Assembly (NCBI GenBank): GCA_951406725.2
Contig: OX597815.1
Coordinates: forward strand, 118,668,001 to 118,732,000
Length of the DNA: 64,000 nucleotides
Source of the DNA: Octopus vulgaris
Lineage: Eukaryota
Direction of reading: 5' to 3'
In this document: one piece after another, positions 12,780 through 25,379 of the stretch
How positions within the stretch are numbered: position 1 is the stretch's first letter
Layout of the letters: each line of letters starts with the position of its first letter
Program-made: the position numbers and the translations under genes
The notes under the pieces: generated by a model
Seen by the model: the letters and a program-made list of their open reading frames with translations, nothing else
The model's database searches: none
Told to the model about the DNA's origin: nothing

Positions 12780-14060
12780 GTTGTATTAACGTAGGTTCCT
12801 GCCACCCCCACCCCATAGTGTTTAAGAATTTTTAGTAGGAGAATTTCTAGCCCCTCCTCCAATGTAAACATATTTATTATTAATGCTGCCTCAATATATA
12901 ACAAAGATCTTAAAGCTAGCGGATTTAAAGAGGAAATAGCTTACACACCCGCTATTAGGCCAGCAATAAAGAAAAGCAAACATAGACACAGGAGAATTAT
13001 CTGGTTCACACCCCCTTACTCCCCGAAGTGACCTTTAGTATAGGTAAATATTTTGTTGTCACTTATAGATAGACACTTTCCAATAAATCATAAATATAGG
13101 AAACTCTTTAATAGGCGTAACCTAAAAATTAGCTTTAGTTCAACAGCAAATTTTAAAATCATAATTGTTCACAACGCAGAAAAACAACAACACGAAACCG
13201 GCTGTTCCTGCAGGGATAAAGATTTGTGTCCGCTAAATGGAGCCAGTATGACTGAAGCCATTATTTACGAAGCCACTGTAAATTCTACGAGCGCTAATAA
13301 CACAGTTTCGTCAAAGATATATGTGGGTCTCACGGAGGAAAATTTTAAAGCAAGGATCAATAATCACACATTAAGCTTCAGACACTTGAATAAACGAAAA
13401 TAGATCAAATTATCCAGTCATATATGGTTCTTGAAAGAACAAGGTGTCAGCTATAGGATTTACTGGAAGATCTTGGCCAAGTGTAAACCTTATACTAACG
13501 GTAGTGGCAAGTGCGGTCTTTGTGATATGGAAACATGGCTTATCTGGAAAAGTTTCTTGGACCCCTGTACATGTCTAAGTTCAAGAACTGAACTTTTTGG
13601 ATCATGTCTATATATGACAAAATACCTGTTACAGTTTCCCCCACCCCACCCGCAATATCACGGATAGAATCTGCATTTTTACTATGTTCCTGCACAAGCT
13701 TTCCATATGTCTTAACATTTCTTATTGTTTAATATATAGTTTTTTCATTTTTCCTTTTTGTGTAATTGTGTACGTGTGTGAGTATATGTATATGCATGTA
13801 TATATTAAATGTGGACGTGTGTGCGTGTGTATATATGTGTACGCGTGTATATATGCATAAGAGTGTAGGATTGTGTCCGGTGCATAAGTGCGACCTTCAT
13901 GCACACGTCCATTTCTTTTATATGGATATGTATATGCTTGTTTATCTGTGATAGGAGGGTATATATATATATTTCGTTCGTTTCGTTCCGTTCTTATTCT
14001 CCATGTACTGTTTTATATATAATTATGACGCGAAATTCTTTATCTCTTTGCTTTACCTTC

Positions 14061-14102
<42 letters not shown>

Positions 14103-14765
14103 TCCTCATCTCTCTCTCAGCCGCTTGTCTTCCTCTCTCTCTCTCTCTCCCACTCCTCCTCATCTTTGTCACTGCTAGCCAAAACTACTTCCTTTTTACA
14201 TGCGGCCTTCAAACTGTGAACACACATTTGTTTTCCCTTGCGCTTGCCAGAATCTCCTCCGTCTAAGCCAGAAAAAGGCCTTTTCGTTTGTTTTATTGTT
14301 TATTTTTATTTCTCGTATTGTATTTTCTTGTACATGTATTTTTATCTTGTATTTTATTTTGTATTTTTATTTGTATCGTTTTCACGTCCTGTTTGTGTTA
14401 CTTTTTTTTTTCTTTCTTGTTTTTACCCCTCTGCAAAGTAATTTTATTTTAATTCTCTCGCAGGAAGGGCTAGTTTAGCGAGTCGTGTTCTGTCTTACCT
14501 TCGAAACACGCTAGAGTTGAAACACGCTAGAGCTGATGAAAGGGATTTTTCCTTGTGTAGTTTGTCTTGTACTTTGTTTTTCTGTTGTAAAAAAATGGTT
14601 TCTTCCATGCTTGTTTTTCCGTTTTCGTTTCTCGTTGAGTTCTACGTCTAGTTGTGGTGTCCTATACTCACGTATATATATTTATATATGCATGTATATA
14701 TACATGTAGATGTAGGTACGTACATATATGTTTGTATGTATGCATATATTTTATTTATTACACTA
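12780..14765 (+). mobile_element. Penelope-like element 3' fragment (RT C-terminus, GIY-YIG endonuclease, 3' non-coding region)
   Basis: RRIIWFTPPYS..LIDRHFP..KLFNRRNLKISFS, CSCRDKDLCPLNG, IIYEATV..YVGLTEENFKARINNH, KCGLC, RTELFGSC; stops and frameshifts; flanked by (TA)n. Confidence 0.9.
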
Positions 14766-14780
14766 TATATATATATATAT

Positions 14781-14999
14781 ACTCCTTTACTCTTTTACTT
14801 GTTTCAGTCATTTGACTGCGGCCATGCTGGAGCACCGCATTTAGTCGAGCAAATCAACCCCGGGACTTATTCCTTGTAAGCCCAGTACTTATTCTATCGG
14901 TCTCTTTTTGCCGAACCGCTAAGTGATGAGTACGTAAACACACCAGCATCGGTTGTCAAGCAATGCTAGGGGGACAAACAGACACACAAACACACACAA

Positions 15000-15034
<35 letters not shown>

Positions 15035-15202
15035 CATATATACGACAGGCTTCTTTCAGTTTCCGTCTACCAAATCCATTCACAAGGCATTGGCGAGCCC
15101 GGGCTATAGCAGAAGACACTTGCCCAAGATGCCACGCAGTGGGACTAAACCCGGAACCATGTGGTTGGTTAGCAAGCTACTTACCACACAGCCACTCCTG
15201 CG
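14781..15202 (-). mobile_element. SINE family A, full length
   Basis: tRNA-like head (TGGCTGTGTGG / GGTTTAGTCC), central TA/TG microsatellite, conserved 3' half, GTAAAAGA tail; CpGs retained. Confidence 0.92.
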
Positions 15203-15290
15203 AAGAGATGACGGCGTGAATTTCCACCTCGACATCCGAAACTCGGAGTTTTGTCATGGCTACCGAATAATTGTCGCATATTACATTTAC

Positions 15291-15362
<72 letters not shown>

Positions 15363-15363
15363 G

Positions 15364-15459
<96 letters not shown>

Positions 15460-15612
15460 CATACATATATTTTTTTAGCTGCGGTCATGCTGGAGCACCG
15501 CCTTGAAGGCTTTCATCGAACAAATCGACCCAGTATTTACTTTTTAAGTCTGGTACTTATTCTGTTGATCTCTTTTGCCGAACCGCTAGATCACGGGGCA
15601 TGAACGAACCAT

Positions 15613-15985
15613 ACACAGGCGTGGTTGTGTGCTAAGAGGTTTCCTTCCCAACCACATGGTTCTGGGTTCAGTCCTCCTGTGTGAGACCTTGAACAAGTGT
15701 CTTCTATAGCTTCAGGCCGACCAAAGCTATGTGAATAGATTTGGTAGATGAAAACTGAAAGCCAGTTGTGTGTGTGTGTATGTGTGTGCGCGCGCGCTTG
15801 TCTCCCACCAAAGTTTGACAACCGGTGTTGATTTGCTTATGTCCCACCTAAACTAGCAGTTCGGCAAAATTGACCGATAGAATAAATACCAGGTATTAAA
15901 CAATTTTTAAATACTAGGGTCGAGTTATTCGACTAAAAATTTCTTTACAGCGGTGCTCGACTGAAATAAGTAGAAGATAAAAGAA
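15613..15985 (+). mobile_element. SINE family A variant
   Basis: Same head, microsatellite and tail architecture, more diverged. Confidence 0.8.
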
Positions 15986-17095
15986 AAATATATATACAAC
16001 AGGATCTCTCTCACTTTAAGCCTACAAAACCCTCTGGAAAGGCTTTGTCGGCCCGGGGCTATAGATTGAAGACACTTGCCTAATAAAAAATATCTGCCTC
16101 GTTGGTACGAATTAAAGCTAAAGAGGTCAGCATATTTAGGAGAAAGACATAAAGGAGAAGGACAGGGTCAATAAAAGGACAAATAAGAGAACGTGACCTA
16201 AAGAGGAGAGAAAGAAACGGAGAAAGTGAGAGAGAAAGAGAGGAAAGGAGAAAGAGAGAGAGAAACGAAGAAAGAAAGGGAGAGAGATGAGTGTCTAAAA
16301 ATAACAGGTTTCGGAATTAGGGTGGGGAATGTATGAAAGATGCTCAAAAACTGTCCTGTAGGTTTCCCTCGAGTCTGCTAAAGAGATGGGCGCGGTGGGG
16401 TGAAGTGGAGTAGGGACTACAAGTGAAGGTCAAAGTGTTTTGAAGAAGAATCTTGTAATTCCATTGGTATTTTCTATTTGTGTGACCTCCTCCTTGTAAA
16501 TTTATCCACCATTCTTCAAACCCATCAAATAAACAAATATTCATATCTAATAGTTATATCTAACATTTGCTTTAATTAATATCACGTAACAAGCATTTCA
16601 TCGTGAGATTTAATATATTTGTGGATATAAGGTTGTTTATTTTTATTCATAAGACATACTGAATTGGTGATCTTAGTAATTATGTATCCATGTAAAACTG
16701 CGTGCTGGTAAGATCGTTAGCTGCATAGCGGCATTTCTTCCGACACTTCACGTTCTGAGTTCAAATACCGAGGTCAGCTTTACCTTTTGATCCTTTAGAG
16801 GGGCGGGGTCGATAAAATAAAGTACCATTCAAGTACTGAATCCGATGTAATCGACTTGCCCCTACCTACAAAAACGTATGAATACATAATTTGAAACAAT
16901 TATGTATTTGTAAGGCACAGGCATAGCTGTCTGATTAAGAAGTTAACTTCGCAACTATGCGATTACAGACTCGATTCCCCTGTACAGTACGATGGTGCAG
17001 TGTCTTGGTGTTGGTTTGACCATTAACTTGTGAATGGAATTTGGTAAATGAAAACGGGGTGGATGCCTATGTATGCATACATATGTGTACATATG

Positions 17096-17752
17096 GGTGC
17101 TATATTGGTATGCGATCTACGTGTCATGAACCTGCTTTGGTATGCGATCTACACTTTATATTGTGATCTACAAGAAAAGTTATACTTATCAAGAACAAGG
17201 AAAACACCTGTATCGGTTTCGAGAGAATGGCTGGTTAGAGAGTATGAAGCATAAGTGGAATGTCTGTTCGAGTCTCAAAGCTCCGGTCCCGACTCAACAA
17301 GGTACATCAACAACACACTTCAGTCCGGCATAGAGATCGATCTCGATAGCCGACCTACGTTCCCTTCTGTGATTTTACCTGCTTATTGATATCTGAATAT
17401 CTAAAGAACCCTCAAACTTGCTTCATTCTAAATTCTTTTTAATAATAAGTGTATAAAATGTATAAAAAATTAATGCTCTATTTTAAACTTTTCCAGCTGA
17501 TGTTCGTTCGATTTGGCCGTAAAATTAGTCAATTTGTTTCAAATCTGCTTTATTTTAATTTTTAAAAATAAATGTATAAAAATGTAAGAATGCTTTATTT
17601 AAGCTATAATAAATAAATGAAAAATGTAGATCACATACTAAAGTAGAATTTGATTCTTTGTAGATCACGTTGGTTACGTAGATCGCATACCAAAGTAGAA
17701 TTTGCCACTTGTATATCACAGGGCTACGTAGATCACATACCAAAGTAGCACC
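17096..17752. mobile_element. Non-autonomous Mutator-like element (MULE)
   Basis: TIR GGTGCTA..TTGGTATGYGATCTACGT, repeated subterminal motifs, and a perfect 9-bp TSD GTACATATG (17087-17095 / 17753-17761). Confidence 0.88.
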
Positions 17753-17859
17753 GTACATATGACTGCATGTTCACTTCCTCTTTTTTAACTTAAGAGTAAA
17801 TTTTGACCGGCTCCCTTCTGACAAGGTTTTGAAGGAAAGAATCTTGTTTTAACTATCAT

Positions 17860-18300
17860 CCTTTAGATCTTAAGAAGGTCTTGCAGATTTTTATAGTCCC
17901 AGGTATCGTGATCATTTGTAGCATATGAATTAAGGATTTGCTTTTTGTCCCCGAGAACTCAACTCCAGACGTGTTAGTATGTATCCTGTTGCTCCAATGA
18001 TAATAGGTATGAAGCTGAAAGTTTATCTTCGGTACTGGGTTTGCAAACTCCTTATCAACAGTTCACAGATGTCCTCTTTCTCTTTTGATTTTGATTTTGA
18101 TTTTTCCAGTTTCAGCTAATGAGCTGTGGCCATGCTGGGGCAGTATTTTTCTAACCACATTGGTATCCAGAAAGCAGCTAATTTTCACAGTAGAACATAT
18201 CTTTTTCCTTGTGCTACACAACAATATCTGGCCGCTTGTGTTTTAAGCTGATAGCTGTTTTAATTTATAAGTTCCACCAATGTTCTTTGACATCGGTCTC
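17860..18300 (-). pseudogene. RLE-type LINE 3' fragment (restriction-like endonuclease)
   Basis: ...FSFIPIIIGATGY...TIKICKTFLRS; same family as 36350-36730 and 60990-61365. Confidence 0.75.
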
Positions 18301-18384
18301 TATATATAGCTGTAGCTGTTTTCTTTACACTTTTCTGTGTACTTTTCCGCTGGCTCGGTTGACATAGTAGGTTCCAGTGACAAG

Positions 18385-18781
18385 TATTCTTTTGTACTCT
18401 AGGCACAAGGCTCAAAATTTTGGGGGAGGGAGCCAGTCGTTTAGATCAACCTCAGTATGCAACTGATACTTAATTTATCGACCTCGAAAGCAAAGTCGAC
18501 CTCGGCGAAATTTGAACTCAGAACGTAAAGAAAGACGAAATACTGTTAAGCTTTTTTGCCAGCTCACCTCCTTATTTAATATTTTTTTCTACTCTAGGCA
18601 TAAGGCCCGAAATTTTGAGGGAGTGGGGCAGTCGTTTAGATCGATCCCAGTACGCAACTGGTACTTAATTTATCGACCCTGAAAGGATGAAAGCAAACTC
18701 GACCTCGGCGGAATTTGAACTCAGAACGTAAAGACAGACGAAATACCGCCAAACTAACGATTTTGCCAGCTCACCGCCTTT
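18385..18781 (-). mobile_element. Two tandem copies of tRNA-SINE family B
   Basis: GGCGGTGAGCTGGCA head, GAGTTCAAATTCC B-box, TTTCATCCTTTC.GGGTCGATAAATTAAGTACCAG core. Other copies at ~16715, 23468-23960, 41205, 41597, 46450 and 57800. Confidence 0.88.
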
Positions 18782-21289
18782 CGAGTGACAAGTATTGCAA
18801 AATGATTGGTACTATTTTGACTGCAAGTTTTATGTCAGAGTATCTTGCTCCTAGAAGAGCTGCCACACAGCTTTGTTAGATATAATGGGAGCCTTCTCTA
18901 CCACTGGGAAATCTTTTTTCAGCCTATAGATGGGACCCTGACGGGTACTACAGTTCCGAGTCAGGAGGGAACTGTGAATAATAGTAATTAATGGATGACT
19001 CCACGATCCCCACAACTGCAGGACTCTCAAACTGGAGCCTCACCACTGGATGCAATTAATGTCATGCCCAGGGTATACATACATACATACATACATACAT
19101 ACATACATACATACATACATACATACATACATACATACATACATACATACATACATACATACATGTGTGTGCATATGCATATATGAGCAAATGGTCTCTG
19201 AGATGCAGGTAAAGTGATACGACATAGAAAGGTGATGTAGATCAGTGTATGATAGTAATATTTCGAACGAGGGGGCAGGTGATACATTGAAAAGGGGAAT
19301 AGTTAAAAACACCCTGGTTAGGTGTAGCAAGGAGTAGGGTAATTGTTTACAGCCTGATCATCCAAGTTACAGCCTCGTTTGAAGAAAGAGAAATGATATT
19401 CAGAAAAGATGAAGAATAAATGCTTAATTATAGGCTCTGGAATGGCTGTGCGGTTAAGAAGCTTGGTTTGCAACTACGTAAATTCAGTTTCATTCCCACT
19501 GAGCGGGGAGAATGTGTGTGTATCCTTGAAATTGTGTTTACCCCTACCCTACCACATGACAACTGGTGTTGGTTTCTTTAAGTCCCTATAATCAACCAGC
19601 TCGTCAAAAGAGACCTGTTTAATTTGTACCAGACTCAAAATTTTAGCACTAGTGGTTGATTTGTTTGACCAAACCCTCAAAGCCAGTGCCTCAACATGGC
19701 CACAGTACAATGGCTGAAACAAGACAGAAGTCACTATCAAAGAGTCTATCAATGTATACTATTAGGAAAGTATCAACTACTATTTTTAGGTTCTAGAAGG
19801 TTCATGCCCCATACATTCACACATCCTTTCACATACTTAATCCCCCATGATTACGTGCATACATATATTTGCATACAACCACTTTTGCACACATAATTTC
19901 CTACCTTTTCACCCGCAGATAATCATTACTTCTCCCATTTTTTGTCACTTGTGTGTGCCTGATATTTGGCTTCTCTTTACCATTTTGCTCACTCTACTTA
20001 CTTCTATCTGCAGCAGTTAACACGCTTCTTTAAAGACTACTCATAACTTTGTTTAGCTTCTAAATTCTTTCTCTATTCTTCTGCTTTCATCAATCTTGAC
20101 AAAGGAAAAATGTCCAAAGCATCGTTATTTTAATTTTTGTGAGTGTATATGTGTATGTACATGTGATGGGGAGGTGCAAGTGCGGGTGTATATTTATTTC
20201 ATAGAGAAGTTAGTGTTTATATATTTAATCAGCAGCAGCAATAGCCGCAGTAGCACCATCAGTGGCAGCAGTAGAGGCGGTGGTTGTGGTGGTGGTGGTG
20301 GTGTTTAAACATCCACTTTTTCATACTACTTGCATAGGTCGAACGAGAATAGACTGAAGCAGAAGAGTTTCAACTGCCAGATGCTCTTCCAGTCCCCAAC
20401 TCTCAGCTGCTTCCAATCCTTTCTATCTATCGAACAATGAAACAGCCCAGACACGGTTAAGGGGAGAACTGGAAATAAAGGAAACTGCTTGAAGGATCAC
20501 ACAACACGTGAAGACATGGCTAGAGTAGTAACACACAGACAGACAGACAGACAGACAGACACGCGCGCGCGCGAAGAAGGAGGAGGAGAAGAAGGAGGAG
20601 AGGAAGGTGAAAGGGAAGAAGCAGGAGGAGCAAGAGGGGGAGAAGACATTCCCTTCATTACCGCCACCACCTCCGCCACTACCACCACCACTACCACCCC
20701 ATGCTGGTTGTTTCGTGTTATTGTTTCCCTTTATTGGATAAATTGTCTCACTTCAACTATTAACAATGATGATAGTGGTGGTAGTGGTGGTGGTGGTGGT
20801 GGTGGTGGTGGTGGTGGTGGTGGGTGGTCATGCTGCTGCTGCTACTGATGATGATGGTGATGTTGATGTTATACAACAATACACACACACACACTCACAC
20901 ACACACATATTAATGCATAATAAACGTTTTATATCATATTTCCAAATTACTAAATATATTTATGGCTTTGTTCTTTTATTCTTTTATTTTCTTACATATT
21001 CCAGTATACATTAAGTGCATTTAGCTGTTAATTAAGTTCTAGGTGGTTGATTTCTAATCAAAGCTATGGGAGAATAGTTTTGACATTTATGGTGGGAGTT
21101 AAAACAGCTTTGGTAAATAAGAGAAAACTGACGATTTATAATTATTTCAATTAATTTTACATGTTTAGTAGAGGAGCCATAGAGCAAGCATGGGCAACCT
21201 TTTCCAGGAAGCAGGCCACTAAAACATGGCCCAACAAGGTAGGCAGCACTGTCAAGAAAACAAACTTGAAACAAGATCCTTTCCCTTAA

Positions 21290-21499
21290 CCCTTTCGTTA
21301 CTGTATTTATTTTGAGATGTTCTGTGTTTCTTTCAGTTACTTTAAATACAACATAGAATTTAGTAAAATAACTTAGCTATCTTTCAGCTAGTGTTAGGAA
21401 CATAAATTGTGACTAAGGTTTGGTGGAAGATTTTAATTCAAAACTTTTGAAAATAGGACATTTGTACTCAGAATCAGAGCCGGTTTGGTAACAAAAGTG
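21290..21499. mobile_element. piggyBac-type MITE
   Basis: TTAA on both sides; TIR CCCTTTCGTTAC / GTAACAAAAGTG; reverse copy at 24218-24437. Confidence 0.88.
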
Positions 21500-21769
21500 T
21501 TAAGCCAATGTTTCTCAACCATTTTTACCTTTGAACCCTCTCATTCCCATTTTACTGAGATAGGCCCTCATAAACAGTCAAATGTTTAAAGAATCCCAGG
21601 CATGACAATGCTGGAAGAAGTTTGCTTCTCAACTACATGGTTCTGGGTTCAGTCCTATTGCATGGCACTTTGGGTGAATGTCTTCTACTATAGCCTCCAA
21701 CCAACCAAGGCCTTGTGAGTGGATTTGGTAGATGGAAACTGAAAGAAGCCTGACGTATACACACACATT

Positions 21770-21965
21770 TATTCTTTTATTTGTTTCAGTCATTTGACTG
21801 TGGCCATGCTGGAGCACCACTTTTAGTCGAGCAAATCTCTCTTGCCGAACCACTAAGTGACAGGGATGTAAACACACCAGCATCAGTTGTCAAGCGATGT
21901 TGGGGGACAAACACAGACACACCAGCATATACATATATATATATATATATACACAAACACACACG

Positions 21966-22039
<74 letters not shown>

Positions 22040-22197
22040 ACAGGCTTCTTTCAGTTTCCATCTATCAAATCCACTCACAAGGCTTTGGTCAGCCCGAGGC
22101 TATAGTAGAAGACACTTGCCCAAGGTGCCATGCAGTGGGACTGAACCCAGAACTATGTGGTTGGTAAGCAAGCTACTTACCACACATCCACTCCTAC
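21770..22197 (-). mobile_element. SINE family A, near full length
   Basis: Homologous to 14781-15202, with several CpG to TpG/CpA changes. Confidence 0.9.
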
Positions 22198-22231
22198 ACT
22201 TATATATAGGTCCTTTACAAATTATAATATA

Positions 22232-22623
22232 CTAGCAGTATCGCCCGGCGTTGCTCGGGTTTGTAAGGGAAATAACTATATAAAAATTTTTAGAGAGTTA
22301 TAGCCAAAAAATAGCAAAAAAATGCATTAAAAATGGACAAAAAATGATGGTAAATTTTTTTTAAATCGTTGACTCATCGTAGACATTTTTAGAGAGTTAC
22401 TTCCCTTATATAATAGCGAAAAAATGCATTAAAATGGAAAAAAATGATGGTAAATTTTTTTTTAAATTGTAGACTCATCGTAGATGTGCTAATACCCAGA
22501 AGGGCTTGATATGAATCACGACTATAAGATACCCGGTTTTGGTTAAACTGCACTGCAAAATGGAGTAGTTGGGAATCTAAATCGTAGGAGACAAACACAC
22601 AACCTTACTTTTATATATAAAGA
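22232..22623 (-). mobile_element. Non-autonomous Helitron
   Basis: Minus strand starts TCTTTATATATAAAAG and ends with hairpin CCCGAGCAACGCCGGG then CTAG; inserted between A and T with no TSD. Confidence 0.92.
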
Positions 22624-23249
22624 TTTTGTGCAATAAATAAAACTTTTATTTGAAATATCCACTACCACTTAATAATCAGTGCTGGTGTGATTATATTGAT
22701 ATGACTTAGCAGTTTGGCAAAAGAGACTGGTAGAGTAAGTACCAAGCTTGAAAATAAAAAAGGACTGAGATCAATTCATTCACAGAAAAATTCTTGAAGG
22801 AGGTTTGTTACAGGAAAAATATATAGCTGTAGGAAATGTACCTCAGTAAATTCTAGTCTTTTGTTGCAAGCATATAAAAGTGGATAATGATGATGATGAC
22901 GACGAAGACAACATGAGGACAACAACGATAATGATGATGATGATGACAAGGAGGAGGAGATGGAGGGGGAGGAGGAGGATACTCATGCACATACACAGAC
23001 ATGCGCACACATTTGACACGGTTCAGCAATTTCCATCGGCAGTATTTCACTCAAGGCTCTGCTAGACCCATGGCTACAAGTTAATTGTCCGAAGTTCTTC
23101 ACAGTGGAATCAAACCAGGAAGAATATGGCTGTGAAGTGAAATTCTTAACAGCACATCTCTACCTGTAACCTAAGATTCATTTATTACATTTGTCTTTAC
23201 CATTTCTTAATGGTTTTACATGAATGACAAAAGAATATGGCATCTGTAC

Positions 23250-23425
23250 TCTTACAAGTACAGATGCCAGAAGGTTAAATTCTTAATTCTTCAAGAAAGA
23301 AAGAAAAGCCTGCAACAACTGTCAAGAAAGTTTGGAACTGCTGAAAATAAGGACAATTGCAAAGAGGTTGAAAAATGCTGGATTTTGCCTGCAAAACCTG
23401 CACAAGAAAGCTTTTCTTAGTAATG
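23250..23425 (+). pseudogene. Tc1 transposase N-terminal HTH remnant
   Basis: TSTDARRL...RKKSLQQLSRKF...RTIAKRLKNAGF across frameshifts. Confidence 0.55.
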
Positions 23426-23993
23426 AAAGGGACAAACAGAGACAGACAGACAGACGGACAGACATGTACTGGCAGAATTGTTAGCACACCAGACAAAATG
23501 CAGAGCAGCATTTGGTCCATCTTTATGTTTTGAGTTCAAATTCTGTTGCTGTCAACTTTGCTTCTGATCCTTTTGGTGTTGATTAAATAAGTACCAATTA
23601 AGAATTTGCTGGCCTTGTGGCAAACCTTGAAATCTGGCTGGTAGAATCATTAGCATGCTAAGCAGCATTTTGTCTATTTGTACATTCTGAGTTTAAATTC
23701 CACTGAGGCTAACTTTGCCTTTCAACCTTTCAGAGTTGATAAAATAAGTATTGGTTAAGCACTGGGGTCAATGTAATTGATTTATCCCTTCTCCCAAAAT
23801 TGCTGGCCTTGTGCTAAAATTTGAAATCAGCATTATTAAATAACTTTCAAATTCTGCAGAACCTCTTTGCTTTCATCCTTTCTGGGTCAATAAAATAAGT
23901 ACCAGTTGAACTCTGCAATCAATGAAATCAACTTGCTCCCCTCAACTTGCTGGCCTTGTGTTCCAATATTTTTGAATAACATTATTGATCTAA

Positions 23994-24437
23994 CCCTTTA
24001 GTATTCCTATTTCTCTGTCAAATGTAATGCTTATATAACCACATTCTTTTAAATTAATCATACATCATCTTGTGGTTTTAAGATTCTAATGATGTAATTG
24101 TTTATGTTTAGAATAATATTGTGGGACGAATGTTAGAGGCCAGATTCAACCAGTTTGAACATGAATCATGCAGAATATTTGGTTTGGATATAGCCAGTTT
24201 AAATGCTAAAGAGTTAAACCTTTCAATACCAATTTGGCTGAAACCAGCTCTGGCTCTGAGTACAAATGTCTTGTTTTCATATGTTTTGAATTAAAATCTT
24301 CCACCAAACCTTTGTCATAATTTATGTGCCAAACACTAGCTTAATGATAACTGAGTTATTTTAATAAATTCTTTGTTTTATTTAAATTAATTGAAAGAAA
24401 CACAGAGTATCTCAAAATAAATACAGTAACAAAAGGG
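23994..24437. mobile_element. Two different piggyBac-type MITEs sharing one TTAA
   Basis: CCCTTTAG..TAAAGAG|TTAA|ACCTTTC..AAAAGGG|TTAA. Confidence 0.8.
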
Positions 24438-24649
24438 TTAAAGCACTATTAACACTAACAATTGACCATTTACTGTTGGTGTGTTTCCATAATAAATGTA
24501 GAGTCAAATTTATTGTGCTGGTCATGTTAACTAAGATTAGTTACAGATCACTTTTAGCATATAAAAAATAACTATCATATGTCATGGAGCCAATCATTTA
24601 TATATAGTGTGAAACGGAAAGTTTTAACATATCAAGGTAGGTAAGATTA

Positions 24650-25150
24650 CCTTGATGTGCTTGAGAAGACACATCAAGCCAAGTGAGAACGTAGTCATGG
24701 TCGATGCCAGTGTCATGTAACTGGCCCATTTAAAAGCACCCTTCACTCGTTGGGTGATATATTGTACTTGTGAAGACCTGTCGAACCGAGTGAAACTGTA
24801 GTAATGGTTGATGCTAGTGCTGTCTGACTGGCACCTGTGTCAGTCATATGTGGAAAGTACCATTCGAGCTTTGGGCCTCATGGAGGCAGTGACAGGTGAT
24901 CGAGACCTTTGGCGATATAATGTGCTTGTGTAGACCTGTCAAACCAATTATGGCAAGTGCTGGTGTCAGATCAATACCACTTGTGCAGGAGGCATGTAAA
25001 AAGCATCCACTACACTCTCATTAGAAACCTTGAGCCGTAGAAACCTTGGTAAATCAGATTGGAATTTACCACTTACCAGTTTTCAGTCAAACTGTCCAAC
25101 CCATGCTAGCATGGAAAGCGGACATTAAATGACGATGATGATGATGATGA
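24650..25150 (+). mobile_element. RTE-associated repeat family C with (GAT)n tail
   Basis: Ends ..GTCCAACCCATGCTAGCATGGAAAGCGGACATTAAATGACGATGATG; related copies at 34760-35000(-), 35500-36165, 38055-38205, 39930-40230, 54660-54950 and 60880-60980(-). Confidence 0.75.
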
Positions 25151-25379
25151 TGTGTGTACCAGTTATTAGAATCTTTGTATATATGATTTCATCTGGCAAG
25201 CAGCATGTGTATGCATTCATATGTGTGTGTGAGAGAGAAAGACTCTCTGGTCATAAGTGTAGGCACAATCTGTAAAGGAGTATATGTTCTGAGAAGCTAG
25301 TATCTCACTGTGGCATATTTGTAAATATTATAATAGTATGCCCCATTGGATGTGTAATATTAGTGTGCATGTTTGATAA

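Noticed and set aside
14953-15219. Recurrent peptides such as [20 protein letters not shown] and FDCGHAGAP (CxxCH-like)
   Set aside because: They are translations of SINE-A on either strand, with frames inconsistent between copies.
21042-21110. Possible plus-strand exon (AG..GTAAAT)
   Set aside because: Weak polypyrimidine tract and no recognisable peptide.
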